Shown one piece after another: positions 48,365 through 62,992 of a DNA stretch of 64,000 nt. A program made the translations under genes and the position numbers. Each line of letters opens with the position of its first letter. Position 1 is the first letter of the stretch. This DNA comes from Eledone cirrhosa (Eukaryota). Under the pieces are notes generated by a model. That model made no database searches. It saw nothing but the letters and a program-made list of their open reading frames with translations, and had not been told where the DNA came from. The stretch is taken from contig OZ024740.1 of assembly GCA_964016885.1 (NCBI GenBank), positions 434,310,001 through 434,374,000 of the forward strand, given 5' to 3'.

Positions 48365-51300
48365 CAAGTTTTATATAGTGTGATGTGGTGGAGATTTGAC
48401 TGCTATTTCTAGTTACATAGAACCCAGGAGTTTCTGCTGCTTCACTCTAGTTTTATATAGAGTGTGATGTGGTGGAGATTTGACTGCTATTACCAGCTAT
48501 ATTGAACCCAGGAGTTTCTGCTCCTAGACTCTAGCTCTATATAGGGGTGATGTGGTGGAGATTTGACTGCTATTTCTAGCTATATTGAACCCAGGAGTTT
48601 CTGCCCCTAGACTAGTTTTATATAGGGTGTGATTTAATGGAAATTTGGCTGCTATTTCTATCTATATTAAACCCAGGAGTTTCTGCTCCTGGACTCTAGT
48701 TTTATATAGGGTGTAATTTAATGGATATTTGACAGCTATTTCTAGCTATATTGAACCCAGGAGTTTCTGCTCCTTGACTCTAGATTTATATAGGGTGTGG
48801 TTTAATGGAGATATGACTGCTATTTCTAGCTATATTGATTGCAGGAGTTTCTGCCCCTAGACTAGTTTTATATAGGGTGTGATTTAATGGATATTTGACT
48901 GCTATTTCTAGCTATATTGAACCCAGGAGCTTCTGCTCCTTGACTCTAGCTATATATAGGGTGTGATTTAATGGAGATTTGACTGCTATTTCTAGCTACA
49001 TTGAACCCAGGAGTTTCTGCTCCTTGACTCTAGTTTTATATAGGGTGTGGTTTAATGGAGATTTGACTGCTATTTCTAGCTATATTGATTGCAGGAGTTT
49101 CTGCCCCTAGACTAGTTTTATATAGGGTGTGATTTAATGGATATTTGACTGCTATTTCTAGCTATATTGAACCCAGGAGCTTCTGCTCCTTGACTCTAGC
49201 TATATATAGGGTGTGATTTAATGGAGATTTGACTGCTATTTCTACCTATATTGAACCCAGGAGTTTCTGTTCCTTGATTCTCGCTATATACAGGGGGTGA
49301 TGTGGTGTAGATTTAGCTGCTATTTCTAGCTATATTGAACCCAGGAGGTTCTGCTCCTTGACTCTAGTTTTATATAGGGTGTGGTTTAATGGAGATTTGA
49401 CTGCTATTTCTAGCTATATTGAACCCAGGGGCTTCTGCTCCTTGACTCTAGCTATATATAGGGTGTGATTTAATGGAGATTTGACTGCTATTTCTACCTA
49501 TATTGAACCCAGGAGTTTCTGTTCCTTGATTCTCGCTATATACAGGGGGTGATGTGGTGTAGATTTAGCTGCTATTTCTAGCTATATTGAACCCAGGAGG
49601 TTCTGCTCCTAGACTCTAACTATATACAGGGGGTGATGTGGTGGAGATTTGACTGTTATTTCTAGCGATATTGAACCGAGGAATTTCTGCTCCTTGACTC
49701 TAGTTTTATATAGGGCTTTATATACTGGAGATTTGACTGCTATTTCTAGCTATATTGAACCCAGGAGTTTCTGCTCCTTGACTCTAGTTTTATATAGGGT
49801 GTGATTTAATAGAGATTTGACTGCTATTTCTAGCTATATTGATTGCAGGAGTTTCTGCCCCTAGACTAGTTTTATATAGGGTGTGATTTAATGGAAATTT
49901 GGCTGCTATTTCTATCTATATTAAACCCAGGAGTTTCTGCTCCTGGACTCTAGTTTTATATAGGGCTTTATATACTGGAGATTTGACTGCTATTTCTAGC
50001 TATATTGAACCCAGGAGTTTCTGCTCCTTGACTCTAGCTATATATAGGGGGTGATGTGGTGGAGATTTGACTGCTATTTCTAGCTATATTGGACCCAGGA
50101 GTTTCTGCTCCTTGACTCTAGCTATATATAGGGGGTGATGTGGTGGATATTTGACTGCTATTTCTAGCTATATTGGACCCAGGAGTTTCTGCTCTTAGAC
50201 TCTAGCTATATATAGGGTGTGATTTAATGGATATTTGACTGCTATTTCTAGCTATATTTAATGCAGGAGTTTCTGCTCCTTGACTCTAGTTTTATATAGG
50301 GTGTGATTTAATGGAGATTTGACTGCTATTTCTAGCTATATTGAACCCAGGAGTTTCTGCTCCTTGACTCTAGTTTTATATAGGGTGTGGTTTAATGGAG
50401 ATTTGACAGCTATTTCTAGCTATATTTAACGCAGGAGTTTCTGCTAGACACTAGTTATATATAGGGTGTGATTTAATGGAGATTTGACTGCTATTTTTAG
50501 TTACATAGAACCCAGGAGTTTCTGCTCCTTGACTCTAGTTTTATATCGAGTGTGATGTGGTGGAGAATGACTGCTATTTCTTGCTATATTGAACCCAGGA
50601 GTTTCTGCTCCTTGAATCTAAATATATATAGGTGTGATTTCATGGAGATTTAACTGCTATTTCTAGCTATATTGAACCCAGCAGTTTCTGTTCCTTGACT
50701 CTAGCTATATATAGGAGATGATCTGGTGGAGACTTGACTGCTATTTCTAGCTATATTGAACCCAGGAGTTTCTGCTCCTTGACTCTAGCTATATATAGGG
50801 TGTGATTTAATGGAGATTTGACTGCTATTTCTAGCTATATTGAACCCAGGAGTTTCTGCTCCTAGACTCTAGCTATATATAGGGGGTGATGTGGTGGAGA
50901 TTTGACTTCTATTTCTAGCTATATTGAACCCAGGAGTTTCTGTTCCTTGACTCTTGCTATATATAGGGGGTGATGTGGTGGAGATTTGACTTCTATTTCT
51001 AGCTATATTGAACCCAGGAGTTTCTGCTCCTAGACTGTAGCTATATATAGGGGTGATGTGGTGGAGATTTGACTTCTATTTCTAGCTATATTGAACCCAG
51101 GAGTTTCTGCTCCTAGACTGTAGCTATATATAGGGGTGATGTGGTGGAGATTTGACTTCTATTTCTAGCTATATTGAACCCAGGAGTTTCTGCTCCTAGA
51201 CTGTAGCTATATATAGGGGTGATGTGGTGGAGATTTGACTTCTATTTCTAGCTATATTGAACCCAGGAGTTTCTGCTCCTAGACTGTAGCTATATATAGG

Positions 51301-54300
51301 GGTGATGTGGTGGAGATTTGACTTCTATTTCTAGCTATATTGAACCCAGGAGTTTCTGCTCCTAGACTGTAGCTATATATAGGGGTGATGTGGTGGAGAT
51401 TTGACTTCTATTTCTAGCTATATTGAACCCAGGAGTTTCTGCTCCTAGACTGTAGCTATATACAGGGGGTGATGTGGAGAATTAACTGTTATTTCTAGCA
51501 ATATTGAACCCAGCAGTTTCTGCTCCTAGACTGTAGCTATATATAGGGGTGATGTGGTGGAGATTTGACTTCTATTTCTAGCTATATTGAACCCAGGAGT
51601 TTCTGCTCCTAGACTGTAGCTATATATAGGGGTGATGTGGTGGAGATTTGACTTCTATTTCTAGCTATATTGAACCCAGGAGTTTCTGTTCCTTGACTCT
51701 TGCTATATATAGGGGTGATGTGGTGGAGATTTGACTTCTATTTCTAGCTATATTGAACCCAGGAGTTTCAGCTCCTAGACTCTAGCTATATATAGGGGTG
51801 ATGTGGTGGAGATTTGACTTCTATTTCTAGCTATATTGAACCCAGGAGTTTCTGTTCCTTGACTCTTGCTATATATAGGGGGTGATGTGGTGGAGATTTG
51901 ACTTCTATTTCTAGCTATATTGAACCCAGGAGTTTCTGCTCCTTGACTCTAGCTATATATAGGGGTGATGTGGTGGAGATTTGACTGCTATTTCTAGCTA
52001 TATTGAACCCAGGAGTTTCTGCTCCTTGAATCTAAATATATATAGGGTGTGATTTCATGGAGATTTAACTGCTATTTCTAGCTATATTGAACCCAGCAGT
52101 TTCTGTTCCTTGACTCTAGCTATATATAGGAGATGATCTGGTGGAGACTTGACTGCTATTTCTAGCTATATTGAACCCAGGAGTTTCTGCTCCTTGACTG
52201 TAGCTATATATAGGGTGTGATTTAATGGAGATTTGACTGCTATTTCTAGCTATATTGAACCCAGGAGTTTCTGCTCCTAGACTCTAGCTATATATAGGGG
52301 GTGATGTGGTGGAGATTTGACTTCTATTTCTAGCTATATTGAACCCAGGAGTTTCTGTTCCTTGACTCTTGCTATATATAGGGGGTGATGTGGTGGAGAT
52401 TTGACTTCTATTTCTAGCTATATTGAACCCAGGAGTTTCTGCTCCTAGACTGTAGCTATATATAGGGGTGATGTGGTGGAGATTTGACTTCTATTTCTAG
52501 CTATATTGAACCCAGGAGTTTCTGCTCCTAGACTGTAGCTATATATAGGGGTGATGTGGTGGAGATTTGACTTCTATTTCTAGCTATATTGAACCCAGGA
52601 GTTTCTGCTCCTAGACTGTAGCTATATATAGGGGTGATGTGGTGGAGATTTGACTTCTATTTCTAGCTATATTGAACCCAGGAGTTTCTGCTCCTAGACT
52701 GTAGCTATATATAGGGGTGATGTGGTGGAGATTTGACTTCTATTTCTAGCTATATTGAACCCAGGAGTTTCTGCTCCTAGACTGTAGCTATATACAGGGG
52801 GTGATGTGGAGAATTAACTGTTATTTCTAGCAATATTGAACCCAGCAGTTTCTGCACCTAGACTCTAGCTATGTATAGGGGATGATGTGGTGGAGACTTG
52901 ACTGCTATTTCTAGCTATATTGAACCCAGGAGTTTCTGCTCCTTGATTCTAGCTATATATAGGGGTGATGTGGTGGAGATTTGACTTCTATTTCTTGCTA
53001 TATTGAACCCAGGAGTTTCTGCTCCTTGACTCTAGCTATATATAGGGTGTGATTTAATGGAGATTTGACTGCTATTTCTTGCTATATTGAACCCAGGAGT
53101 TTCAGCTCCTTGACTCTAGCTATATATAGGGGTGATGTGGTGGAGATTTGACTTCTATTTCTAGCTATATTGAACCCAGGAGTTTCTGCTCCTAGAATCT
53201 AAGTATATATAGGGTGTTATTTAATGGAGATTTAACTGCTATTTCTAGCTATATTGAACCCAGGAGTTTCTGCTCCTAGACTCTAGTTTTATATTAGGGG
53301 TGATGTGGTGGAGATTTGACTGCTATTTCTAGCTATATTAAACCCAGGAGTTTCTGCTTCTAGACTCTAGCTATATATAGGGTGTGATTTAATGGAGATT
53401 TGACTGCTATTTCTAGCTATATTGAACCCAGGAGTTTCTGCTCCTAGAATCTAAATATATATAGGGTGTGATTTCATGGAGATTTAACTGCTATTTCTAG
53501 CTATATTGAACCCAGCAGTTTCTGCTCCTTGACTCTAGCTATATATAGGGGTTGATATGGTGGAGATTTGACTTCTATTTCTAGCTATACTGAACCCAGG
53601 AGATTCTGCTCCTTGACTCTAGCTATATATCAGGTGTGATGTGGTGGAGATTTGACTGCTATTTCTAGCTATATTGAACCCAGGAGTTTCTGCTCCTTGA
53701 CTCTAGCTATATATAGGGGTGATGTGGTGGAGATTTGACTTCTATTTCTTGCTATATTGAACCCAGGAGTTTCTGCTCCTTGACTCTAGCTATATATAGG
53801 GTGTGATTTAATGGAGATTTGACTGCTATTTCTAGCTATATTGAACCCAGGAGTTTCTGCTCCTTGACTCTAGCTATATATAGGGGTGATGTGGTGGAGA
53901 TTTGACTGCTATTTCTAGCTATATTGAACCCATGAGTTTCTGCTCCTTGACTCTAGCTATATATTAGTTGTGATGTGGTGGAGATTTGACTGCTATTTCT
54001 AGCTATATTGAACCCAGGAGTTTCTGTTCCTTGACTCTAGCTATATATAGGGGTGATGTGGTGGAGATTTGACTGCTATTTCTAGCTATATTGAACCCAT
54101 GTGTTTCTGATCCTTGACTCTAGCTATATATAGGGTGTGATGTGGTGGAGATTTGACTGTTATTTTTAGCTATATTGAGCCCAGGAGTTTCTGCTCCTAG
54201 AATCTAAGTATATATAGGGTGTGATTTAATGGAGATTTAACTGCTATTTCTAGCTATATTGAACCCAGGAGTTTCTGCTCCTTGACTCTAGATATATACA

Positions 54301-57300
54301 GGGGTTGATGTGGTGGAGATTTGACTGCTATTTCTAGCTATATTGAACCCAGGATTTTCTGCTCCTAGACTCTAGTTTTATATTAGGGGTGATGTGGTGG
54401 AGATTTGACTGCTATTTCTAGCTATATTGAACCCAGGAGTTTCTGCTCCTAGAATCTAAATATATATAGGGTGTGATTTCATGGAGATTTAACTGCTATT
54501 TCTAGCTATATTGAACCCAGCAGTTTCTGCTCCTTGACTCTAGCTATATATAGGGGTTGATATGGTGGAGATTTGACTTCTATTTCTAGCTATACTGAAC
54601 CCAGGAGATTCTGCTCCTTGACTCTAGCTATATATAGGGTGTGATGTGATGGAGATTAAAACCGCTATTTCTAGCTATATTGAACCCATGAGTTTCTGTT
54701 CCTTGACTCTAGCTATATATAGGGGTGATGTGGTGGAGCTTTGACTGCTATTTCTAGCTATATTGAACCCATGAGTTTCTGTTCCTTGACTCTAGCTATA
54801 TATAGGGGTGATGTGGTGGAGCTTTGACTGCTATTTCTAGCTATATTGAACCCAGGAGTTTCTGCTCCTAGACTCTAGCTATATATAGGGGGTGATGTGG
54901 TGGAGATTTGACTGCTATTTCTAGCTATATTGAACCCAGAAGTTTCTGCTCCTTGACTCTAGTTTTATATAGGGTTTTATTTAATGGAGATTTGACTGCT
55001 ATTTCTAGCTATATTGAACGCAGTATATAGACTCTAGTTTTATATAGGGTGTGATTTAATGGAGATTTGACTGCTATTTCTAGCTATATTGATTGCAGGA
55101 GTTTCTGCCCCTAGACTAGTTTTATATAGGGTGTGATTTAATTGAAAATTTGGCTGCTATTTCTAGCTATATTAAACCCAGGAGTTTCTGCTGCTGGACT
55201 ATAGTTTTATATAGGGTGTGATTTAATGGAGATTTGACGGATATTTCTAGCCACATTGAACCCAGGCGTTTCTGCTCCTTGACACTAGCTATATATAGGG
55301 TGTGATGTGGTGGAGATTTGACTGCTATTTCTAGCTATATTGAACGCAGTATATAGACTCTAGTTTTATATAGGGTGTGATTTAATGGAGATTTGACAGC
55401 TATTTCTAGCTATATTGAACCCAGGAGTTTCTGCTCCTTGACTCTAGATATATACAGGGGTTGATGTGGTGGAGATTTGACTGCTATTTCTAGCTATATT
55501 GAACCCAGGATTTTCTGCTCCTAGACTCTAGTTTTATATTAGGGGTGATGTGGTGGAGATTTGACTGCTATTTCTAGCTATATTGAACGCAGTATATAGA
55601 CTCTAGTTTTATATAGGGTGTGATTTAATGGAGATTTGACAGCTATTTCTAGCTATATTGAACCCAGGAGTTTCTGCTCCTAGACTCTAGCTATATATTA
55701 GGGGTGATGTGGTCGAGATTTGAATGATACTTCTAGCTATATTACAACCAGGAGTTTCTGCTCCTTGACTCGAGCTATATACAGGGGGTGATGTGGTGGA
55801 GATTTGACTGCTATTTCTAGCTATATTGAACCCAGGAGTTTCTGCTTCTAGACTCTAGCTATATACAGGTGGTGATGTGGTGGAGATTTGACTGCTATTT
55901 CTAGCTATATTGAACCCAGGAGTTTCTGCTCCTAGAATCTAAATATATATAGGGTGTGATTTCATGGAGATTTAACTGCTATTTCTAGCTATATTGAACC
56001 CAGCAGTTTCTGCTCCTTGACTCTAGCTATATATAGGGGTTGATATGGTGGAGATTTGACTTCTATTTCTAGCTATACTGAACCTAGGAGATTCTGCTCC
56101 TTGACTCTAGCTATATATAGGGTGTGATGTGATGGAGATTAAAACCGCTATTTCTAGCTATATTGAACCCATGAGTTTCTGCTCCTAGACTCTAGCTATA
56201 TATTAGGTGTGATGTGGTGGAGATTTGAATGATATTTCTAGCTATATTAAAACCAGGAGTTTCTGCTCCTAGACTCTAGCTATATATAGGGGTGATGTGG
56301 AGAATTAACTGTTATTTCTAGCAATATTGAACCCAGCAGTTTCTGCACCTAGACTCTAGCTATATATAGGGGTGATGTGGTGGAGATTTGACTTCTATTT
56401 CTTGCTATATTGAACCCAGGAGTTTCTGCTCCTTGACTCTAGCTATATGTAGGGTGTGATTTAATGGAGATTTGACTGCTATTTCTAGCTATATTGAACC
56501 CAGGAGTTTCTGCTCCTTGACTCTAGCTATATATAGGGGTGATGTGGTGGAGATTTGACTGCTATTTCTAGCTATATTGAACCCATGAGTTTCTGCTCCT
56601 TGACTCTAGCTATATATTAGGGGTGATGTGGTCGAGATTTGACTGCTATTTCTAGCTATATTGAACCCAGGAGTTTCTGTTCCTTGACTCTAGCTATATA
56701 TTAGGTGTGATGTGGTGGAGATTTGACTGCTATTTCTAGCTATATTGAACCCAGGAGTTTCTGTTCCTTGACTCTAGCTATATATTAGGGGTGATGTGGT
56801 CGAGATTTGAATGATATTTCTAGCTATATTGAACCCATGAGTTTCTGCTCCTTGACTAGCTATATATTAGGTGTGATGTGGTGGAGATTTGACTGCTATT
56901 TCTAGCTATATTGAACCCAGGAGTTTCTGCTCCTAGACTCTAGCTATATATTAGGGGTGAATTGGTCGAGATTTGAATGATATTTCTAGCTATATTAAAA
57001 CCAGGAGTTTCTGCTCCTTGACTCTAGCTATATATAGGGGATGATGTGGTGGAGACTTGACTGCTATTTCTAGCTATATTGAAACCAGGAGTTTCTGTTC
57101 CTTGATTCTAGCTATATATAAGGGATGATGTGGTGGAGACTTGACTGCTATTTCTAGATATATTGAACCCAGCAGTTTCTGCACCTAAACTCTAGCTATA
57201 TATAAGGGATGATGTGGTGGACACTTGACTGCTATTTCTAGCTGTATTAAATCCAGGAGTTTCTGCTCCTTGACTCTCGCTATATACAGGGGGTGATGTG

Positions 57301-60300
57301 GTGAAGATTTGACTGCTATTTCTAGCTATATTGAACCCAGGAGTTTCTGCCCCTTGACTCTAGCTATATATAGGGGTGATGTGTTGGAGATTTGACTGCT
57401 ATTTCTAGCCATATTGAACCCAGGAGTTTCTGCTCCTAGACTTTAGCTATATATTAGGTGTGATGTGGTGGAAATTTGACTGATATTTCTAGCTATATTG
57501 AACGCAGTATATAGACTCTAGTTTTATATAGGGTGTGATTTAATGGCGATTTGACTGCTATTTCTAGCTACATTGAACCCAGGAGTTTCTGCTCCTTGAC
57601 TCTATTTTTATATAGGGTTTTATGTACTGGAGATTTGACTGCTATTTCTAGCTATATTGAACCCAGGAGTTTCTGCTCCTTGACTCTAGTTTTATATAGG
57701 GTGTGATTTAATGGAGATTTGACTGCTATTTCTAGTTACATAGAACCCAGGAGTTTCTGCTCCTTGACTCTAGTTTTATATAGAGTGTGATGTGGTGGAG
57801 ATTTGACTGCTATTTCTAGCTATATTGAACCCAGAAGTTTCTGCTCCTTGACTCTAGTTTTATATAGGGTTTTATTTAATGGAGATTTGACTGCTATTTC
57901 TAGCTATATTGAACGCAGTATATAGACTCTAGTTTTATATAGGGTGTGATTTAATGGAGATTTGACTGCTATTTCTAGCTATATTGATTGCAGGAGTTTC
58001 TGCCCCTAGACTAGTTTTATATAGGGTGTGATTTAATTGAAAATTTGGCTGCTATTTCTAGCTATATTAAACCCAGGAGTTTCTGCTGCTGGACTATAGT
58101 TTTATATAGGGTGTGATTTAATGGAGATTTGACGGATATTTCTAGCCATATTGAACCCAGGCGTTTCTGCTCCTTGACACTAGCTATATATAGGGTGTGA
58201 TGTGGTGGAGATTTGACTGCTATTTCTAGCTATATTGAACGCAGTATATAGACTCTAGTTTTATATAGGGTGTGATTTAATGGAGATTTGACAGCTATTT
58301 CTAGCTATATTGAACCCAGGAGTTTCTGCTCCTAGACTCTAGCTATATATTAGGGGTGATGTGGTCGAGATTTGAATGATACTTCTAGCTATATTACAAC
58401 CAGGAGTTTCTGCTCCTTGACTCGAGCTATATACAGGGGGTGATGTGGTGGAGATTTGACTGCTATTTCTAGCTATATTGAACCCAGGAGTTTCTGTTCC
58501 TTGACTCTAGATTTGTATAGGGTGTGGTTTAATGGAGATATGACTGCTATTTCTAGCTATATTGAATGCAGGAGTTTCTGCTCCTTGACTCTAGCTATAT
58601 ATTAGGTGTGATGTGGTGGAGATTTGACTGCTATTTCTAGCTATATTGAACCCAGGAGCTTCTGCTCCTTGACTCTAGCTATATATAGGGTGTGATTTAA
58701 TGGAGATTTGACTGCTATTTCTAGCTATATTGAACCCAGGAGTTTCTGCTCCTTGACTCTAGCTATATACAGGGGTTGATGTGGTGGAGATTTGACTGCT
58801 ATTTCTAGCTATACTGAACCCAGGAGATTCTGCTCCTTGACTCTAGCTATATATAGGGGTGATGTGGTGGAGATTTGACTGCTATTTCTAGCTATATTGA
58901 ACCCAGGAGTTTCTCCTCCTTGACTCTAGCTATATATAGGGTGTGATGTGATGGAGATTAAAACCGCTATTTCTAGCTATATTGAACGCAGTATATAGAC
59001 TCTAGTTTTATATAGGGTGTGATTTAATGGAGATTTGACTGCTATTTCTAGCTATATTGAACGCAGTATATAGACTCTAGTTTTATATAGGGTGTGATTT
59101 AATGACGATTTGACTGCTATTTCTAGCTACATTGAACCCAGGAGTTTCTGCTCCTTGACTCTAGTTTTATATAGGGTTTTATATACTGGAGATTTTACTG
59201 CTATTTCTATCTATATTGAGACCAGGAGTTTCTGCTCCTTGACTCTAGTTTTATATAGGGTGTGATTTAATGGATATTTGATTGCTATTTCTAGCTATAT
59301 TGAACCCAGGAGCTTCTGCTCCTGGACTCTAGTTTTATATAGGGTGTGATTTAATGGAGATTTGACTGCTATTTCCAGCTATATTTAATGCAGGAGTTTC
59401 TGCTCCTTGACTCTAATTTTATATAGAGTGTAATGGGGTGGAGATTTGACTGCTATTTCTAGCTATATTGGACCCAGGAGTTTCTGCTCTTAGACTATAG
59501 CTATATATAGGGTGTGATTTAATGGATATTTGACTGCTATTTCTAGCTATATTGAACCCAGGAGTTTCTCCTCCTTGACTCTAGCTATATATAGGGTGTG
59601 ATGTGATGGAGATTAAAACCGCTATTTCTAGCTATATTGAACCCAGGAGTTTCTGCTCCTAGACTCTAGCTATATATTAGGGGTGATGTGGTCGAGATTT
59701 GACTGCTATTTCTAGCAATATTGAACCCAGCAGTTTCTGCACCTAGACTCTAGCTATATATAGTGGATGATGTGGTGGAGACTTGACTGCTATTTCTAGC
59801 TATATTGAACCCAGGAGTTTCTGCTCCTTGACTCTAGCTATATATAGGGGTGATGCGGTGGAGATTTGACTGCTATTTCTAGCTATATTGAAGCCAGGAG
59901 TTTCTGCTCCTTGACTCTAGCTATATATAGGGGTGATGTGGTGGAGATTTGACTGCTATTTCTAGCTATATTGAACCCAGGAGTTTCTGCTCCTTGACTC
60001 TAGCTATATATAGGGGTGATGTGGTGGAGATTTGACTGCTATTTCTAGCTATATTGAACCCATGAGTTTCTGCTCCTTGACTCTAGCTATATATAGGGGT
60101 GATGCGGTGGACATTTGACTGCTATTTCTAGCTATATTGAACCCAGGAGCTTCTGCTCCTAGACTCTAGTTTTATATTAGGGGTGATGTGGTGGAGATTT
60201 GACTGCTATTTCTAGCTATATTGAACCCAGGAGTTTCTGCTCCTAGACTAGCTACAAAATTAGGTGTGATGTGGCGGAGATTTGACTGCTATTTCTAGCT

Positions 60301-62992
60301 ATATTGAACCCAGGAGTTTCTGCTCCTTGACTCTAGCTATATATAGGGGTGATGTGGTGGAGATTTGACTGCTATTTCTAGCTATATTGAACCCAGGAGT
60401 TTCTGCTCCTAGACTCTAGCTATATATAGGGGGTGATGTGGTGGAGACTTGACTGCTATTTCTAGCTATATTGAACCCAGGAGTTTCTGTTCCTTGACTC
60501 TAGCTATATATAGGGGATGATGTGGTGGAGACTTGACTGCTATTTCTAGCTATATTGAACCCAGGAGTTTCTGTTCCTTGACTCTAGCTATATATAGGGG
60601 ATGATGTGGTGGAGACTTGACTGCTATTTCTAGCTATATTGAACCCAGGAGTTTCTGCTCCTTGACTCTAGCTATATATAGGGGTGATGCGGTGGAGATT
60701 TGACTGCTATTTCTAGCTATATTGAACCCAGGAGTTTCTGCTCCTTGACTCTAGCCATATATAGGGGCGATGTGGTGGAGATTTGACTGCTATTTCTAGC
60801 TATATTGAACTCAGGAGTTTCTGCTCCTTGACTCTAGTTTTATATTAGGGGTGATGTGGTGGAGATTTGACTGCTATTTCTAGCTATATTGAACCCAGGA
60901 GTTTCTGTTCCTTGACTCTAGCTATATATAGGGGATGATGTGGTGGAGACTTGACTGCTATTTCTAGCTATATTGAACCCAGGAGTTTCTGTTCCTTGAC
61001 TCTATCTATATATAGGGGATGATGTGGTGGAGACTTGACTGCTATTTCTAGCTATATTGAACCCAGGAGTTTCTGCTCCTTGACTCTAGCTATATATAGG
61101 GGTGATGCGGTGGAGATTTGACTGCTATTTCTAGCTATATTGAACCCAGGAGTTTCTGCTCCTTGACTCTAGCTATATATAGGGGATGATGTGGTGGAGA
61201 TTTGACTGCTATTTCTAGCTATATTGAACCCAGGAGCTTCTGCTCCTTGACTCTAGCTATATATCAGGTGTGATGTGGTGGAGATTTGACTGCTATTTCT
61301 AGCTATATTGAACCCAGGAGTTTCTCCTCCTTGACTTTAGCTATATATTAGGGGTGATGTGGTCGAGATTTGACTGCTATTTCTAGCTATATTGAACCCA
61401 GGAGTTTCTGCTCCTAGACTCTAGCTATATATTAGGGGTGATGTGGTGGAGATTTGACTGCTATTTCTAGCTATTTTAAAACCAGGAGTTTCTGCTCCTT
61501 GACTCTAGCTATATATAGGGGGTGATGTGGTGGAGATTTGACTTCTATTTCTAGCTGTATTGAACCCATGAGTTTCTGATCCTTGACTCTAGCTATATAT
61601 AGGGGTGATGTGGTGGACATTTGACTGCTATTTCTAGCTATATTGAACCCAGGAGCTTCTGCTCCTAGACTCTAGTTTTATATTAGGGGTGATGTGGTGG
61701 AGATTTGACTGCTATTTCTAGCTATATTGAACCCAGGAGTTTCTGCTCCTAGACTCTAGCTATATATAGGGGTGATGCGGTGGAGATTTGACTGCTATTT
61801 CTAGCTATATTGAACCCAGGAGTTTCTGCTCCTTGACTCTAGCTATATATAAGGGTGATGTGGTGGAGATTTGACTTCTATTTCTAGCTGTATTGAACCC
61901 AGGAGTTTCTGTTCCTTGACTCTAGCTATATATAGCGGTGATGTGGTGGAGATTTGACTGCTATTTCTAGCTATATTGAACCCAGGAGTTTCTGCTCCTT
62001 GACTCTAGCTATATATAGGGTGTGATTTAATGGAGATTTGAATGATATTTCTAGCTATATTGAACCCAGGAGTTTCTGCTCCTTGACTCTAGCTATATAT
62101 AGGGTGTGATTTAATGGAGATTTGACTGCTATTTCTAGCTATATTGAACCCAGGAGTTTCTGCTCCTTGACTCTAGCTATATATAGGGTGTGATTTAATG
62201 GAGATTTGAATGATATTTCTAGCTATATTGAACCCAGGAGTTTCTGCTCCTAGACTCTAGCTATATATTAGGGGTGATGTGGTGGAGACTTGACTGCTAT
62301 TTCTAGCTATATTGAACCCAGGAGTTTCTCCTCCTTGACTTTAGCTATATATAGGGTGTGATGTGATGGAGATTAAAACCGCTATTTCTAGCTATATTGA
62401 ACCCAGGAGTTTCTGCTCCTAGACTCTAGCTATATATAGGGGATGATGTGGTGGAGACTTGACTGCTATTTCTAGCTATATTGAACCCAGGAGTTTCTGC
62501 TCCTTGACTCTAGCTATATATAGGGGATGATGTGGTGGAGACTTGACTGCTATTTCTAGCTATATTGAACCCAGGAGTTTCTGCTCCTTGACTCTAGCTA
62601 TATATTGGGGTGATGCGGTAGAGATTTGACTGCTATTTCTAGCTATATTGAACCCAGGAGTTTCTGCTCCTTGACTCTAGCCATATATAGGGGCGATGTG
62701 GTGGAGATTTGACTGCTATTTCTAGCTATATTGAACCCAGGAGTTTCTGCTCCTTGACTCTAGTTTTATATTAGGGGTGATGTGGTGGAGATTTGACTGC
62801 TATTTCTAGCTATATTGAACCCAGGAGTTTCTGCTCCTTGACTCTAGCTATATATAGGGTGTGATTTAATGGATATTTGACTGCTATTTCTAGCTATATT
62901 GAACCCAGGAGTTTCTGCTCCTTCACTCTAGCTATATAGAGGGGGTGATGTGGTGGAGATTTGACTGCTATTTCTAGCTATATTGAACCCAG
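48365..62992. repeat. ~83-bp satellite, ~14.6 kb (~175 monomers), several variants with higher-order blocks
   Basis: tagctatatataggggtgatgtggtggagatttgactgctatttctagctatattgaacccaggagtttctgctccttgactc, with a tgtgatttaatgg variant and shortened monomers. Confidence 0.97.

Noticed and set aside
48365-62992. Ribozyme-bearing satellite (as in newt or schistosome satellites)
   Set aside because: No CUGANGA...GAAA arrangement on either strand of the consensus monomer.
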